Source: Eledone cirrhosa (taxonomy: Eukaryota). From it: DNA of 64,000 nt. Shown here piece by piece: positions 1-10,800 of the stretch (its first letter is position 1; each line of letters begins with the position of its first letter). Location: contig OZ024744.1 of the NCBI GenBank assembly GCA_964016885.1, positions 127,038,001 to 127,102,000 of the forward strand. Reading direction: 5' to 3'. The notes under the pieces are model-generated. The model did not search any database, was not told the origin of the DNA, and saw nothing but the letters and a program-made list of their open reading frames with translations. The position numbers and the translations under genes are program-made.

Positions 1-2480
1 TTAAGTTGGGGTTAAGTTAAGTTGGGGTTAAGTTAAGTTGGGTTTAAGTTAAGTTGGGGCAAAGTTAAGTTGGGGCTAAGTTAAGTTGGGGCTGAGTTAA
101 GTTGGGGTTAAGTTAAGTTGGGGTTGAGTTAAGTTGGGGTTACGTTAAGTTAGGGTTGAGTTAAGTTGGGGTTGAGTTAAGTTGGGGTTGAGTTAAGTTG
201 GGGTTAAGTTAAGTTGGCGTTAAGTTAAGTTGGGGTTAAGTTAAGTTGGGGTTAAGTTAATTTGCGGTTAAGTTAGGTTGTGGGTTAAGTTAAGTTGGGG
301 TTAAGTTAAGCTGGGGTTAAGTTGGGGTAAGTTAAGTTGGGGTTAAGTTAAGTTGGGGTTAAGTTAAGTTGGGGTTAAGTTAAGTTGGGGGTAAGTTAAG
401 TTGGGGGCAATTTAAGTTGGGGTTAAGTTAAGTTGGGTTTAAGTTAAGTTGGGGTTAAGTTAAGTTGGGGTTAAGTTAAGTTGGGGTTAAGTTAAGTTAG
501 GGTTAATTTCAGTTGGGGTTTTGTTAAGTTGGGGTTAAGTTAAGTTGGGGTTAAGTTAAAGTTGGGGTTAAATTAAGTTGAGGTTAAGTTAAGTTGGGGT
601 TAAGTTAAATTGGGGTTAAGTCAAGTTGAGGTTAACTTAAGTTGGGGTTATGTTAAGTTGGGGTTAAGTTAAGTTCGGCTTGAGTTAAGTTGGGGTTAAG
701 TTAAGTTGGGGTTAATTTAAGTTGGGGTTAAGTTAAGTTGGGGTTAAGATAAGTTGGGGTTAAGTTAAGTTGGGGTTAAGTTAAGTTGGGGTTGAGTTAA
801 TTTGGGGTTAAGTTAAGTTGGGGTTAACTTAAGTTGGGGTTAAGTTGGGGTTAAGTTAAGTTGGGGTTAAGTTAAGTTGGGGGTAGGTTAAGTTGGGGGC
901 AATTTAAGTTGAGGTTAAGTTAAGTTGGGGTTAAGTTAAGTTGGGGTTAAGTTAAGTTGGGGTTAAGGTAAGTTGGGGTTAAGTTAAGTTAGGGTTAATT
1001 TCAGTTGGGGTTTTGTTAAGTTGGGGTTAAGTTAAGTTGGGGTTAAGTTAAAGTTGGGGTTAAGTTAAGTTGGGGTTAAGTTAAGTTAGGGGTAATTTCA
1101 GTTGGGGTTATGTTAAGTTGGGGTTAAGTTAAGTTGGGGTTAAGTTAAGTTGGGGGTAAGTTAAGTGGGGTGTAAGTTAAGTTGGGGTTAAGTTAAGTTG
1201 GGTTTCAGTTCAGTTGGGGTTAAGTTAAGTTGGGGTTAAGTTAAGCTGGGGGTAAGTTAAGTTGGGTGTAAGTTAAGTTGGGGTTAAGTTAAGTTGGGGT
1301 TAAGTTAAGTTGGGGGTTAGTTAAGTTGGGGGCAAGTTAAGTTGGGGTTAATTTAAGTTGGGGTTAAGTTAAGTTGGGGTTATGTTAAGTTGGGGTTAAG
1401 TTAAGTTGGGGGTAAGTTAAGTTGAGGGTAAGTTAAGTTGGGGTTAAGTTAAGTTGGGGTTAAATTAAGTTGGGGGTAAGTTAAGTTGGGGGTAAGTTAA
1501 GTTGGGGTTAAGTTAAGTTGGGGTTAAATTAAGTTGAGGTTAAGTTAAGTTGGGGTTAAGTTAAATTGGGGTTAATTTAAGTTGGGGGTAAGATAAGTTG
1601 GGGCTAAGTTAAGTTGGGGCTAAGTCAAGTTGGGGTTAAGTCAAGTTGAGGTTGAGTTAAGTTGGGGTTAAGTTAAGTTGGGATTAAGTTAAGTTGGGGT
1701 TAAGTTAAGTTCGGCTTGAGTTAAGTTGGGGTTAAGTTAAGTTGGGGTTAATTTAAGTTGGGGTTAAGTTAAGTTGGGGTTAAGATAAGTTGGGGCTGAG
1801 TTAAGTTGGGGTTAAGTTAAGTTGGGGTTATGTTAAGTTGGGGTTAAGTTGGGGCTAAGTTAAGTTGGGGCTGAGTTAAGTTGGGGTTAAGTTAAGTTGG
1901 GGTTGAGTTAAGTTGGGGTTAAGTTAAGTTGGGATTAAGTTAAGTTGGGGTTAAGTTAAGTTCGGCTTGAGTTAAGTTGGGGTTAAGTTAAGTTGGGGTT
2001 AATTTAAGTTGGGGTTAAGTTAAGTTGGGGTTAAGATAAGTTGGGGTTAAGTTAAGTTGGGGTTAATTTAAGTTGGGGTTGAGTTAATTTGGGGTTAAGT
2101 TAAGTTGGGGTTAACTTAAGTTGGGGTTAAGTTGGGGTTAAGTTAAGTTGGGGTTAAGTTAAGTTGGGTTTAAGTTAAGTTGGGGCAAAGTTAAGTTGGG
2201 GCTAAGTTAAGTTGGGGCTGAGTTAAGTTGGGGTTAAGTTAAGTTGGGGTTGAGTTAAGTTGGGGTTACGTTAAGTTAGGGTTGAGTTAAGTTGGGGTTG
2301 AGTTAAGTTGGGGTTGAGTTAAGTTGGGGTTAAGGTAAGTTGGCGTTAAGTTAAGTTGGCGTTAAGTTAAGTTGGGGTTAAGTTAAGTTGGGGTTAAGTT
2401 AATTTGCGGTTAAGTTAGGTTGTGGGTTAAGTTAAGTTGGGGTTAAGTTAAGCTGGGGTTAAGTTGGGGTAAGTTAAGTT
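1..2480 (+). repeat. Higher-order block copy A1 (paralogous to about 5255-7840)
   Basis: Rare variant GGGGCAAAG at C60 and C2186 recurs at C5314 and C7547 (offsets 5254 and 5361). TAAGGTAAGTTGGCG at 2331 recurs at 7692 (offset 5361). Confidence 0.85.
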
Positions 2481-5254
2481 GGGGTTATGTTAAGTTGGGG
2501 TTAAGTTAAGTTGGGGTTAAGTTAAGTTGAGGTTAAGTTAAGTTGGGGTTAAGTTAAATTGGGGTTAATTTAAGTTGGGGGTAAGATAAGTTGGGGCTAA
2601 GTTAAGTTGGGGCTAAGTCAAGTTGGGGTTAAGTCAAGTTGAGGTTAACTTAAGTTGGGGTTATGTTAAGTTGGGGTTAAGTTGGGGCTAAGTTAAGTTG
2701 GGGCTGAGTTAAGTTGGGGTTAAGTTAAGTTGGGGTTGAGTTAAGTTGGGGTTAAGTTAAGTTGGGATTAAGTTAAGTTGGGGTTAAGTTAAGTTCGGCT
2801 TGAGTTAAGTTGGGGTTAAGTTAAGTTGGGGTTAAGTTAAGTTAGGGGTAATTTCAGTTGGGGTTATGTTAAGTTGGGGTTAAGTTAAGTTGGGGGTAGG
2901 TTAAGTTGGGGGCAAGTTAAGTTGGGGTTAAGTTAAGTTGGGGTTAAGTTAAGTTGGGTTTAAGTTAAGTTGGGGCTAAGTTAAGTTGGGGCTAAGTTAA
3001 GTTGGGGCTGAGTTAAGTTGGGGTTAAGTTAAGTTGGGGTTGAGTTAAGTTGGGGTTATGTTAAGTTAGGGTTGAGTTAAGTTGGGGTTGAGTTAAGTTG
3101 GGGTTGAGTTAAGTTGGGGTTAAGTTAAGTTGGCGTTAAGTTAAGTTGGGGTTAAGTTAAGTTGGGGTTAATTTAAGTTGGGGTTAAGTTAAGTTGGGGT
3201 TAAGATAAGTTGGGGTTAAGTTAAGTTGGGGTTAAGTTAAGTTGGGGTTGAGTTAATTTGGGGTTAAGTTAAGTTGGGGTTAACTTAAGTTGGGGTTAAG
3301 TTGGGGTTAATTTAAGTTGGGGTTAAGTTAAGTTGGGGGTAGGTTAAGTTGGGGTTAAGTTAAGTTGGGGTTAAGTTAAGTTGGGTTTAAGTTAAGTTGG
3401 GGCTAAGTTAAGTTGGGGCTAAGTTAAGTTGGGGCTGAGTTAAGTTGGGGTTAACTTAAGTTGGGGTTAAGTTGGGGTTAAGTTAAGTTGGGGGTAGGTT
3501 AAGTTGGGGTTAAGTTAAGTTGGGGTTAAGTTAAGTTGGGGTTAAGTTAAGTTGGGTTTAAGTTAAGTTGGGGCTAAGTTAAGTTGGGGCTAAGTTAAGT
3601 TGGGGCTGAGTTAAGTTGGGGTTAAGTTAAGTTGGGGTTAAGTTGGGGTTATGTTAATTTAGGGTTGAGTTAAGTTGGGGTTGAGTTAAGTTGGGGTTGA
3701 GTTAAGTTGGGGTTAAGTTAAGTTGGCGTTAAGTTAAGTTGGGGTTAAGTTAAGTTGGGGTTAAGTTAAGTTGGGGTTAAGTTAATTTGCGGTTAAGTTA
3801 GGTTGTGGGTTAAGTTAAGTTGGGGTTAAGTTAAGCTGGGGTTAAGTTGGGGTAAGTTAAGTTGGGGTAAGTTAAGTTGGGGTTAAGTTAAGTTGGGGTT
3901 AAGTTAAGTTGGGGTTAAGTTAAGTTGGGGTTAAGTTAAATTGGGGTTGAGTTAAGTTGGGGTTAAGTTAAGTTGGGGTTAAGTTAAGTTGGGGTTAAGT
4001 TAAGTTGGGGTTAAGTTAAGTTGGGGTTCAGTTAAGTTGGGGGTAAGTTAAGTTGGGGTTAAGTTAGGTTGTGGGTTAAGTTAAGTTGGGGTTAAGTTAA
4101 GCTGGGGTTAAGTTGGGGTAAGTTAAGTTGGGGTTAAGTTAAGTTGGGGTTAAGTTAAGTTGGGGTTAAGTTAAGTTGGGGGTAAGTTAAGTTGGGGGTA
4201 AGTTAAGTTGGGGGCAAGTTAAGTTGGGGTTAAGTTAAGTTGGGGTTAAGTTAAGTTGGGGTTAAGTTAAGTTGGGGTTAAGTTAAGTTGGGGTTAAGTT
4301 AAGTTGGGGTTAAGATAAGTTAGGGTTAATTTCAGTTGGGGTTATGTTAAGTTGGGGTTAAGTTAAGATGGGGTTAAGTTAAAGTTGGGGTTAAGTTAAG
4401 TTGGGGTTAAGTTAAGTTAGGGTTAATTTCAGTTGGGGTTATGTTAAGTTGGGGTTAAGTTAAGTTGGGGTTAAGTTAAGTTGGGGGTAAGTTAAGTGGG
4501 GTGTAAGTTAAGTGGGGGTTAAGTTAAGTTGGGGTTCAGTTCAGTTGGGGTTAAGTTAAGTTGGGGTTAAGTTAAGCTGGGGGTAAGTTAAGTTGGGTGT
4601 AAGTTAAGTTGGGGTTAAGTTAAGTTGGGGTTAAGTTAAGTTGGGGGTTAGTTAAGTTGGGGGCAAGTTAAGTTGGGGTTAATTTAAGTTGGGGTTAAGT
4701 TAAGTTGGGGTTATGTTAAGTTGGGGTTAAGTTAAGTTGGGGGTAAGTTAAGTTGAGGGTAAGTTAAGTTGGGGTTAAGTTAAGTATAGGTTAAATTAAG
4801 TTGGGGGTAAGTTAAGTTGGGGGTAAGTTAAGTTGGGATTAAGTTAAGTTGGGGTTAAATTAAGTTGAGGTTAAGTTAAGTTGGGGTTAAGTTAAATTGG
4901 GGTTAATTTAAGTTGGGGGTAAGATAAGTTGGGGCTAAGTTAAGTTGGGGCTAAGTCAAGTTGGGGTTAAGTCAAGTTGAGGTTAACTTAAGTTGGGGTT
5001 ATGTTAAGTTGGGGTTAAGTTGGGGCTAAGTTAAGTTGGGGCTGAGTTAAGTTGGGGTTAAGTTAAGTTGGGGTTGAGTTAAGTTGGGGTTAAGTTAAGT
5101 TGGGATTAAGTTAAGTTGGGGTTAAGTTAAGTTCGGCTTGAGTTAAGTTGGGGTTAAGTTAAGTTGGGGTTAATTTAAGTTGGGGTTAAGTTAAGTTGGG
5201 GTTAAGATAAGTTGGGGTTAAGTTAAGTTGGGGGTAGGTTAAGTTGGGGGCAAG

Positions 5255-7840
5255 TTAAGTTGGGGTTAAGTTAAGTTGGGGTTAAGTTAAGTTGGGTTTA
5301 AGTTAAGTTGGGGCAAAGTTAAGTTGGGGCTAAGTTAAGTTGGGGCTGAGTTAAGTTGGGGTTAAGTTAAGTTGGGGTTGAGTTAAGTTGGGGTTACGTT
5401 AAGTTAGGGTTGAGTTAAGTTGGGGTTGAGTTAAGTTGGGGTTGAGTTAAGTTGGGGTTAAGTTAAGTTGGCGTTAAGTTAAGTTGGGGTTAAGTTAAGT
5501 TGGGGTTAAGTTAATTTGCGGTTAAGTTAGGTTGTGGGTTAAGTTAAGTTGGGGTTAAGTTAAGCTGGGGTTAAGTTGGGGTAAGTTAAGTTGGGGTTAA
5601 GTTAAGTTGGGGTTAAGTTAAGTTGGGGTTAAGTTAAGTTGGGGGTAAGTTAAGTTGGGGGCAATTTAAGTTGGGGTTAAGTTAAGTTGGGTTTAAGTTA
5701 AAATGGGGTTAAGTTAAGTTGGGGTTAAGTTAAGTTGGGGTTAAGTTAAGTTAGGGTTAATTTCAGTTGGGGTTTTGTTAAGTTGGGGTTAAGTTAAGTT
5801 GGGGTTAAGTTAAAGTTGGGGTTAAATTAAGTTGAGGTTAAGTTAAGTTGGGGTTAAGTTAAATTGGGGTTAAGTCAAGTTGAGGTTAACTTAAGTTGGG
5901 GTTATGTTAAGTTGGGGTTAAGTTGGGGCTAAGTTAAGTTGGGGCTGAGTTAAGTTGGGGTTAAGTTAAGTTGGGGTTGAGTTAAGTTGGGGTTAAGTTA
6001 AGTTGGGATTAAGTTAAGTTGGGGTTAAGTTAAGTTCGGCTTGAGTTAAGTTGGGGTTAAGTTAAGTTGGGGTTAATTTAAGTTGGGGTTAAGTTAAGTT
6101 GGGGTTAAGATAAGTTGGGGTTAAGTTAAGTTGGGGTTAAGTTAAGTTGGGGTTGAGTTAATTTGGGGTTAAGTTAAGTTGGGGTTAACTTAAGTTGGGG
6201 TTAAGTTGGGGTTAAGTTAAGTTGGGGTTAAGTTAAGTTGGGGGTAGGTTAAGTTGGGGGCAATTTAAGTTGAGGTTAAGTTAAGTTGGGGTTAAGTTAA
6301 GTTGGGGTTAAGTTAAGTTGGGGTTAAGGTAAGTTGGGGTTAAGTTAAGTTAGGGTTAATTTCAGTTGGGGTTTTGTTAAGTTGGGGTTAAGTTAAGTTG
6401 GGGTTAAGTTAAAGTTGGGGTTAAGTTAAGTTGGGGTTAAGTTAAGTTAGGGGTAAATTCAGTTGGGGTTATGTTAAGTTGGGGTTAAGTTAAGTTGGGG
6501 TTAAGTTAAGTTGGGGGTAAGTTAAGTGGGGTGTAAGTTAAGTTGGGGTTAAGTTAAGTTGGGTTTCAGTTCAGTTGGGGTTAAGTTAAGTTGGGGTTAA
6601 GTTAAGCTGGGGGTAAGTTAAGTTGGGTGTAAGTTAACTTGGGGTTAAGTTAAGTTGGGGTTAAGTTAAGTTGGGGGTTAGTTAAGTTGGGGGCAAGTTA
6701 AGTTGGGGTTAATTTAAGTTGGGGTTAAGTTAAGTTGGGGTTATGTTAAGTTGGGGTTAAGTTAAGTTGGGGGTAAGTTAAGTTGAGGGTAAGTTAAGTT
6801 GGGGTTAAGTTAAGTTGGGGTTAAATTAAGTTGGGGGTAAGTTAAGTTGGGGGTAAGTTAAGTTGGGGTTAAGTTAAGTTGGGGTTAAATTAAGTTGAGG
6901 TTAAGTTAAGTTGGGGTTAAGTTAAATTGGGGTTAATTTAAGTTGGGGGTAAGATAAGTTGGGGCTAAGTTAAGTTGGGGCTAAGTCAAGTTGGGGTTAA
7001 GTCAAGTTGAGGTTGAGTTAAGTTGGGGTTAAGTTAAGTTGGGATTAAGTTAAGTTGGGGTTAAGTTAAGTTCGGCTTGAGTTAAGTTGGGGTTAAGTTA
7101 AGTTGGGGTTAATTTAAGTTGGGGTTAAGTTAAGTTGGGGTTAAGATAAGTTGGGGCTGAGTTAAGTTGGGGTTAAGTTAAGTTGGGGTTATGTTAAGTT
7201 GGGGTTAAGTTGGGGCTAAGTTAAGTTGGGGCTGAGTTAAGTTGGGGTTAAGTTAAGTTGGGGTTGAGTTAAGTTGGGGTTAAGTTAAGTTGGGATTAAG
7301 TTAAGTTGGGGTTAAGTTAAGTTCGGCTTGAGTTAAGTTGGGGTTAAGTTAAGTTGGGGTTAATTTAAGTTGGGGTTAAGTTAAGTTGGGGTTAAGATAA
7401 GTTGGGGTTAAGTTAAGTTGGGGTTAATTTAAGTTGGGGTTGAGTTAATTTGGGGTTAAGTTAAGTTGGGGTTAACTTAAGTTGGGGTTAAGTTGGGGTT
7501 AAGTTAAGTTGGGGTTAAGTTAAGTTGGGTTTAAGTTAAGTTGGGGCAAAGTTAAGTTGGGGCTAAGTTAAGTTGGGGCTGAGTTAAGTTGGGGTTAAGT
7601 TAAGTTGGGGTTGAGTTAAGTTGGGGTTACGTTAAGTTAGGGTTGAGTTAAGTTGGGGTTGAGTTAAGTTGGGGTTGAGTTAAGTTGGGGTTAAGGTAAG
7701 TTGGCGTTAAGTTAAGTTGGGGTTAAGTTAAGTTGGGGTTAAGTTAATTTGCGGTTAAGTTAGGTTGTGGGTTAAGTTAAGTTGGGGTTAAGTTAAGCGG
7801 GGGTTAAGTTGGGGTAAGTTAAGTTGGGGTTATGTTAAGT
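5255..7840 (+). repeat. Higher-order block copy A2
   Basis: Same ordered markers as 1-2480, with about 107 extra bp near 5920-6030 that explain the offset change from 5254 to 5361. Confidence 0.85.
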
Positions 7841-10800
7841 TGGGGTTAAGTTAAGTTGGGGTTAAGTTAAGTTGGGGGTAAGTTAAGTTGGGGGCAATTT
7901 AAGTTGGGGTTAAGTTAAGTTGGGTTTAAGTTAAGTTGGGGTTAAGTTAAGTTGGGGTTAAGTTAAGTTCGGGTTAAGTTAAGTTAGGGTTAATTTCAGT
8001 TGGGGTTTTGTTAAGTTGGGGTTAAGTTAAGTTGGGGTTAAGTTAAAGTTGGGGTTAAGTTAAGTTGGGGTTAAGTTAAGTTAGGGGTAATTTCAGTTGG
8101 GGTTATGTTAAGTTGGGGTTAAGTTAAGTTGGGGTTAAGTTAAGTTGGGGGTAAGTTAAGTGGGGTGTGAGTTAAGTTGGGGTTAAGTTAAGTTGGGGTT
8201 CAGTTCAGTTGGGGTTAAGTTAAGTTGGGGTTAAGTTAAGTTGGGATTAAGTTAAGTTGGGGTTAAGTTAAGTTCGGCTTGAGTTAAGTTGGGGTTAAGT
8301 TAAGTTGGGGTTAATTTCAGTTGGGGTTAAGTTAAGTTGGGGTTAAGATAAGTTGGGGTTAAGTTAAGTTGGGGTTAAGTTAAGTTGGGGTTGAGTTAAT
8401 TTGGGGTTAAGTTAAGTTGGGGTTAACTTAAGTTGGGGTTAAGTTAAGTTGGGGTTAAGTTAAGTTGGGGGTAGGTTAAGTTGGGGGCAAGTTAAGTTTG
8501 GGTTAAGTTAAGTTGGGGTTAAGTTAAGTTGGGTTTAAGTTAAGTTGGGGCTAAGTTAAGTTGGGGCTAAGTTAAGTTGGGGCTGAGTTAAGTTGGGGTT
8601 AAGTTAAGTTGGGGTTGAGTTAAGTTGGGGTTATGTTAAGTTAGGGTTGAGTTAAGTTGGGGTTGAGTTAAGTTGGGGTTGAGTTAAGTTGGGGTTAAGT
8701 TAAGTTGGCGTTAAGTTAAGTTGGGGTTAAGTTAAATTGGGGTTAAGTTAAGTTGGGGTTAAGTTAGGTTGTGGGTTAAGTTAAGTTGGGGTTAAGTTAA
8801 GCTGGGGTTAAGTTGGGGTAAGTTAAGTTGGGGTAAGTTAAGTTGGGGTTAAGTTAAGTTGGGGTTAAGTTAAGTTGGGGTTAAGTTAAGTTGGGGTTGA
8901 GTTAAGTTGGGGTTGAGTTAAGTTGGGGTTAAGTTAAGTTGGGGTTAAGTTAAGTTGGGGTTAAGTTAAGTTGGGGGTAGCTTAAGTTGGGGGCAAGTTA
9001 AGTTGGGGTTAAGTTAAGTTGGGGTTAAGTTAAGTTGGGTTTAAGTTAAGTTGGGGCTAAGTTAAGTTGGGGCTAAGTTAAGTTGGGGCTGAGTTAAGTT
9101 GGGGTTAAGTTAAGTTGGGGTTGAGTTAAGTTGGGGTTATGTTAAGTTAGGGTTGAGTTAAGTTGGGGTTGAGTTAAGTTGGGGTTGAGTTAAGTTGGGG
9201 TTAAGTTAAGTTGGCGTTAAGTTAAGTTGGGGTTAAGTTAAGTTGGGGTTAATTAATTTGCGGTTAAGTTAGGTTGTGGGTTAAGTTAAGTTGGGGTTAA
9301 TTTAAGCTGGGGTTAAGTTGGAGTAAGTTAAGTTGGGGGTAAGTTAAGTTGGGGTTAAGTTAAGTTGGGGTTAAGGTAAGTTGGGGTTAAGTTAAGTTGG
9401 GGTTAAGTTAAGTTGGGGTTGAGTTAAGTTGGGGTTGAGTTAAGTTGGGGTTAAGTTAAGTTGGGGTTAAGTTAAGTTGGGGTTAAGTTAAGTTGGGGTT
9501 AAGTTAAGTTGGGGGTAAGTTAAGTTGGGGTTAAGTTAATTTGCGGTTAAGTTAGGTTGTGGGTTAAGTTAAGTTGGGGTTAAGTTAAGCTGGGGTTAAG
9601 TTGGGGTAAGTTAAGTTGGGGTTAAGTTGGGGTTAAGTTAAGTTGGGGGTAAGTTAAGTTGGGGGCAAGTTAAGTTGGGGTTAAGTTAAGTTGGGGTTAA
9701 GTTAAGTTGGGGTTAAGTTAAGTTGGGGTTAAGTTAAGTTGGGGTTAAGTTAAGTTGGGGTTAAGTTAAGTTGGGGTTAAGTTAAGTTAGGGTTAATTTC
9801 AGTTGGGGTTTTGTTAAGTTGGGGTTAAGTTAAGTTGGGGTTAAGTTAAAGTTGGGGTTAAGTTAAGTTGGGGTTAAGTTAAGTTAGGGTTAATTTCAGT
9901 TGGGGTTATGTTAAGTTGGGGTTAAGTTAAGTTGGGGTTAAGTTAAGTTGGGGTTAAGTTAAGTTGGGGTTATTTTAAGTTGGGGGTAAGTTAAGTTGAG
10001 GGTAAGTTAAGTTGGGGTTAAGTTAAGTTGGGGTTAAATTAAGTTGGGGGTAAGTTAAGTTGGGGGTATGTTAAGTTGGGGTTAAGTTAAGTTGGGGTTA
10101 AATTAAGTTGAGTTTAAGTTAAGTTGGGGTTAAGTTAAATTGGGGTTAATTTAAGTTGGGGGTAAGATAAGTTGGGGCTAAGTTAAGTTGGGGCTAAGTC
10201 AAGTTGGGGTTAAGTCAAGTTGAGGTTAACTTAAGTTGGGGTTATGTTAAGTTGGGGTTAAGTTGGGGCTAAGTTAAGTTAGGGCTGAGTTAAGTTGGGG
10301 TTAAGTTAAGTTGGGGTTGAGTTAAGTTGGGGTTAAGTTAAGTTGGGATTAAGTTAAGTTGGGGTTAAGTTAAGTTCCGCTTGAGTTAAGTTGGGGTTAA
10401 GTTAAGTTGGGGTTAATTTAAGTTGGGGTTAAGTTAAGTTGGGGTTAAGATAAGTTGGGGTTAAGTTAAGTTGGGGTTAAGTTAAGTTGGGGTTGAGTTA
10501 ATTTGGGGTTAAGTTAAGTTGGGGTTAACTTAAGTTGGGGTTAAGTTGGGGTTAAGTTAAGTTGGGGTTAAGTTAAGTTGGGGTTGAGTTAAGTTGGGGT
10601 TAAGTTAAGTTGGGGTTAAGTTAAGCTGGGGTTAAGTTGGGGTAAGTTAAGTTGGGGTAAGTTAAGTTGGGGTTAAGTTAAGTTGGGGTTAAGTTAAGTT
10701 GGGGTTAAGTTAAGTTGGGGTTAAGTTAAGTTGGGGTTGAGTTAAGTTGGGGTTAAGTTAAGTTGGGGTTAAGTTAAGTTGGGGTTCAGTTAAGTTGGGG

